From: Mobula hypostoma
Lineage: Eukaryota
DNA length: 64,000 bases
NCBI RefSeq assembly: GCF_963921235.1
Contig: NC_086097.1
Coordinates: 95,792,001-95,856,000, forward strand
Direction of reading: 5' to 3'
Shown here: positions 63,201 to 64,000 of the stretch, in pieces
Numbering within the stretch: position 1 is the first letter of the stretch
How the letters are laid out: the number at the start of each line of letters is the position of its first letter
Made by a program: the position numbers and the translations under genes
The notes under the pieces: generated by a model
The model's database searches: none
Told to the model about the DNA's origin: nothing
Seen by the model: only the letters and a program-made list of their open reading frames with translations

Positions 63201-64000
63201 ATGGTATTGGGATTGCTGGCCGCAAAGCTCTAAACTCATGTGAATTTCTTATGCCCTATCTGATGTAGATAGCTACGGCTGCTCTCACTAAAGGGAGATT
63301 ATACTGTAGCCAGCTACTTTTCAAAAGCTAGTTCACTTCCCTGTTTATCCTCCACAGTGAATTTAATTGTCAATGCCCACCAGTTTCCTCCCCCTCCCTA
63401 CCAAGAAAGATGTACTTCCAGCTAACAAAGCAGTTGAAACATAGTTCATTTATTATTAATGACACACACTTACATTTAAATAAATTTCATAAAACATATG
63501 TGAATCTCAGAGGATTTCTGTCTTGTAAAACATTGCCAAATTACAAACGATTACTAAAACACAAAGAATTTCCAAAACATAAGTTAATTCTTATCAGCTA
63601 AAAAGACATAACAATGAGTTGCAGACAAATGAGTCATCAGTCGCAGAAACCGAAGGCAAAGGAATGGATTCTTGTTCACTTCGTCTTTCTGTTATTCTTT
63701 TTGATGTTCCTGGACCACTCCTAACAAGCCTGACTGCTCTCACATTTATACTTTTTTGTTTGCCACTTGGTTGACTTCAGACACTTGTGATATATTTTCA
63801 GATACCTTTTCACACATGTTCTAAAAGTTTCTAGCGACAAAATTAATGCTATGAGAGGTGAACCTCTGAGTACATAGATCTTCCAACTATTAATAGACTA
63901 GCTATTTGATGTGCTAAGTGACAGTATCAATTTAGTCTGCAAGCCTGCTTGAACTAAGCTTAGCTAGTGTTGTCTGGTTGATACAGGGCAATTAACATTA

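Noticed and set aside
21600..64000. A second host gene upstream of or divergent from MTA
   Set aside because: I found no exon I could recognise by eye. Short exons of an unrecognised gene cannot be excluded without RNA-seq or homology search.

Overview
This is eukaryotic vertebrate DNA, most likely from a cartilaginous fish (probably a ray or skate, inferred from the HE1/V-SINE, CR1, Rex1 and Penelope repeat mix). The only host gene I can support is the 5' end of a metastasis-associated (MTA/NuRD) gene on the minus strand. Its coding exons 1-3 lie at 20847-20874, 13812-13879 and 5013-5106 (28+68+94 nt, all GT-AG) and splice to [63 protein letters not shown], the start of the BAH domain. The gene continues past the left edge. 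The promoter is a CpG island flanked by a 1.2-kb G-tract array on one side and a C-rich tract on the other. Most of the rest is nested transposon debris: CR1, Rex1/Babar and RTE LINEs, Penelope-like elements, tRNA-derived SINEs, hAT, Tc1, pogo and mariner-type DNA elements, and a solo LTR. Most ORFs in the six-frame track are LINE fragments or low-complexity artefacts. The most interesting signals are: (i) short TSD-flanked hairpin elements built from Penelope terminal repeats that carry minimal hammerhead ribozymes, one with an intact core at 56455-56492 (minus); (ii) an MTA BAH segment with substitutions at normally invariant residues; (iii) a palindromic MITE with multimerised internal TIR cores; and (iv) informative nested-insertion junctions. 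I found no clearly novel multi-gene system. Repeat boundaries are approximate unless a TSD or TIR is quoted.
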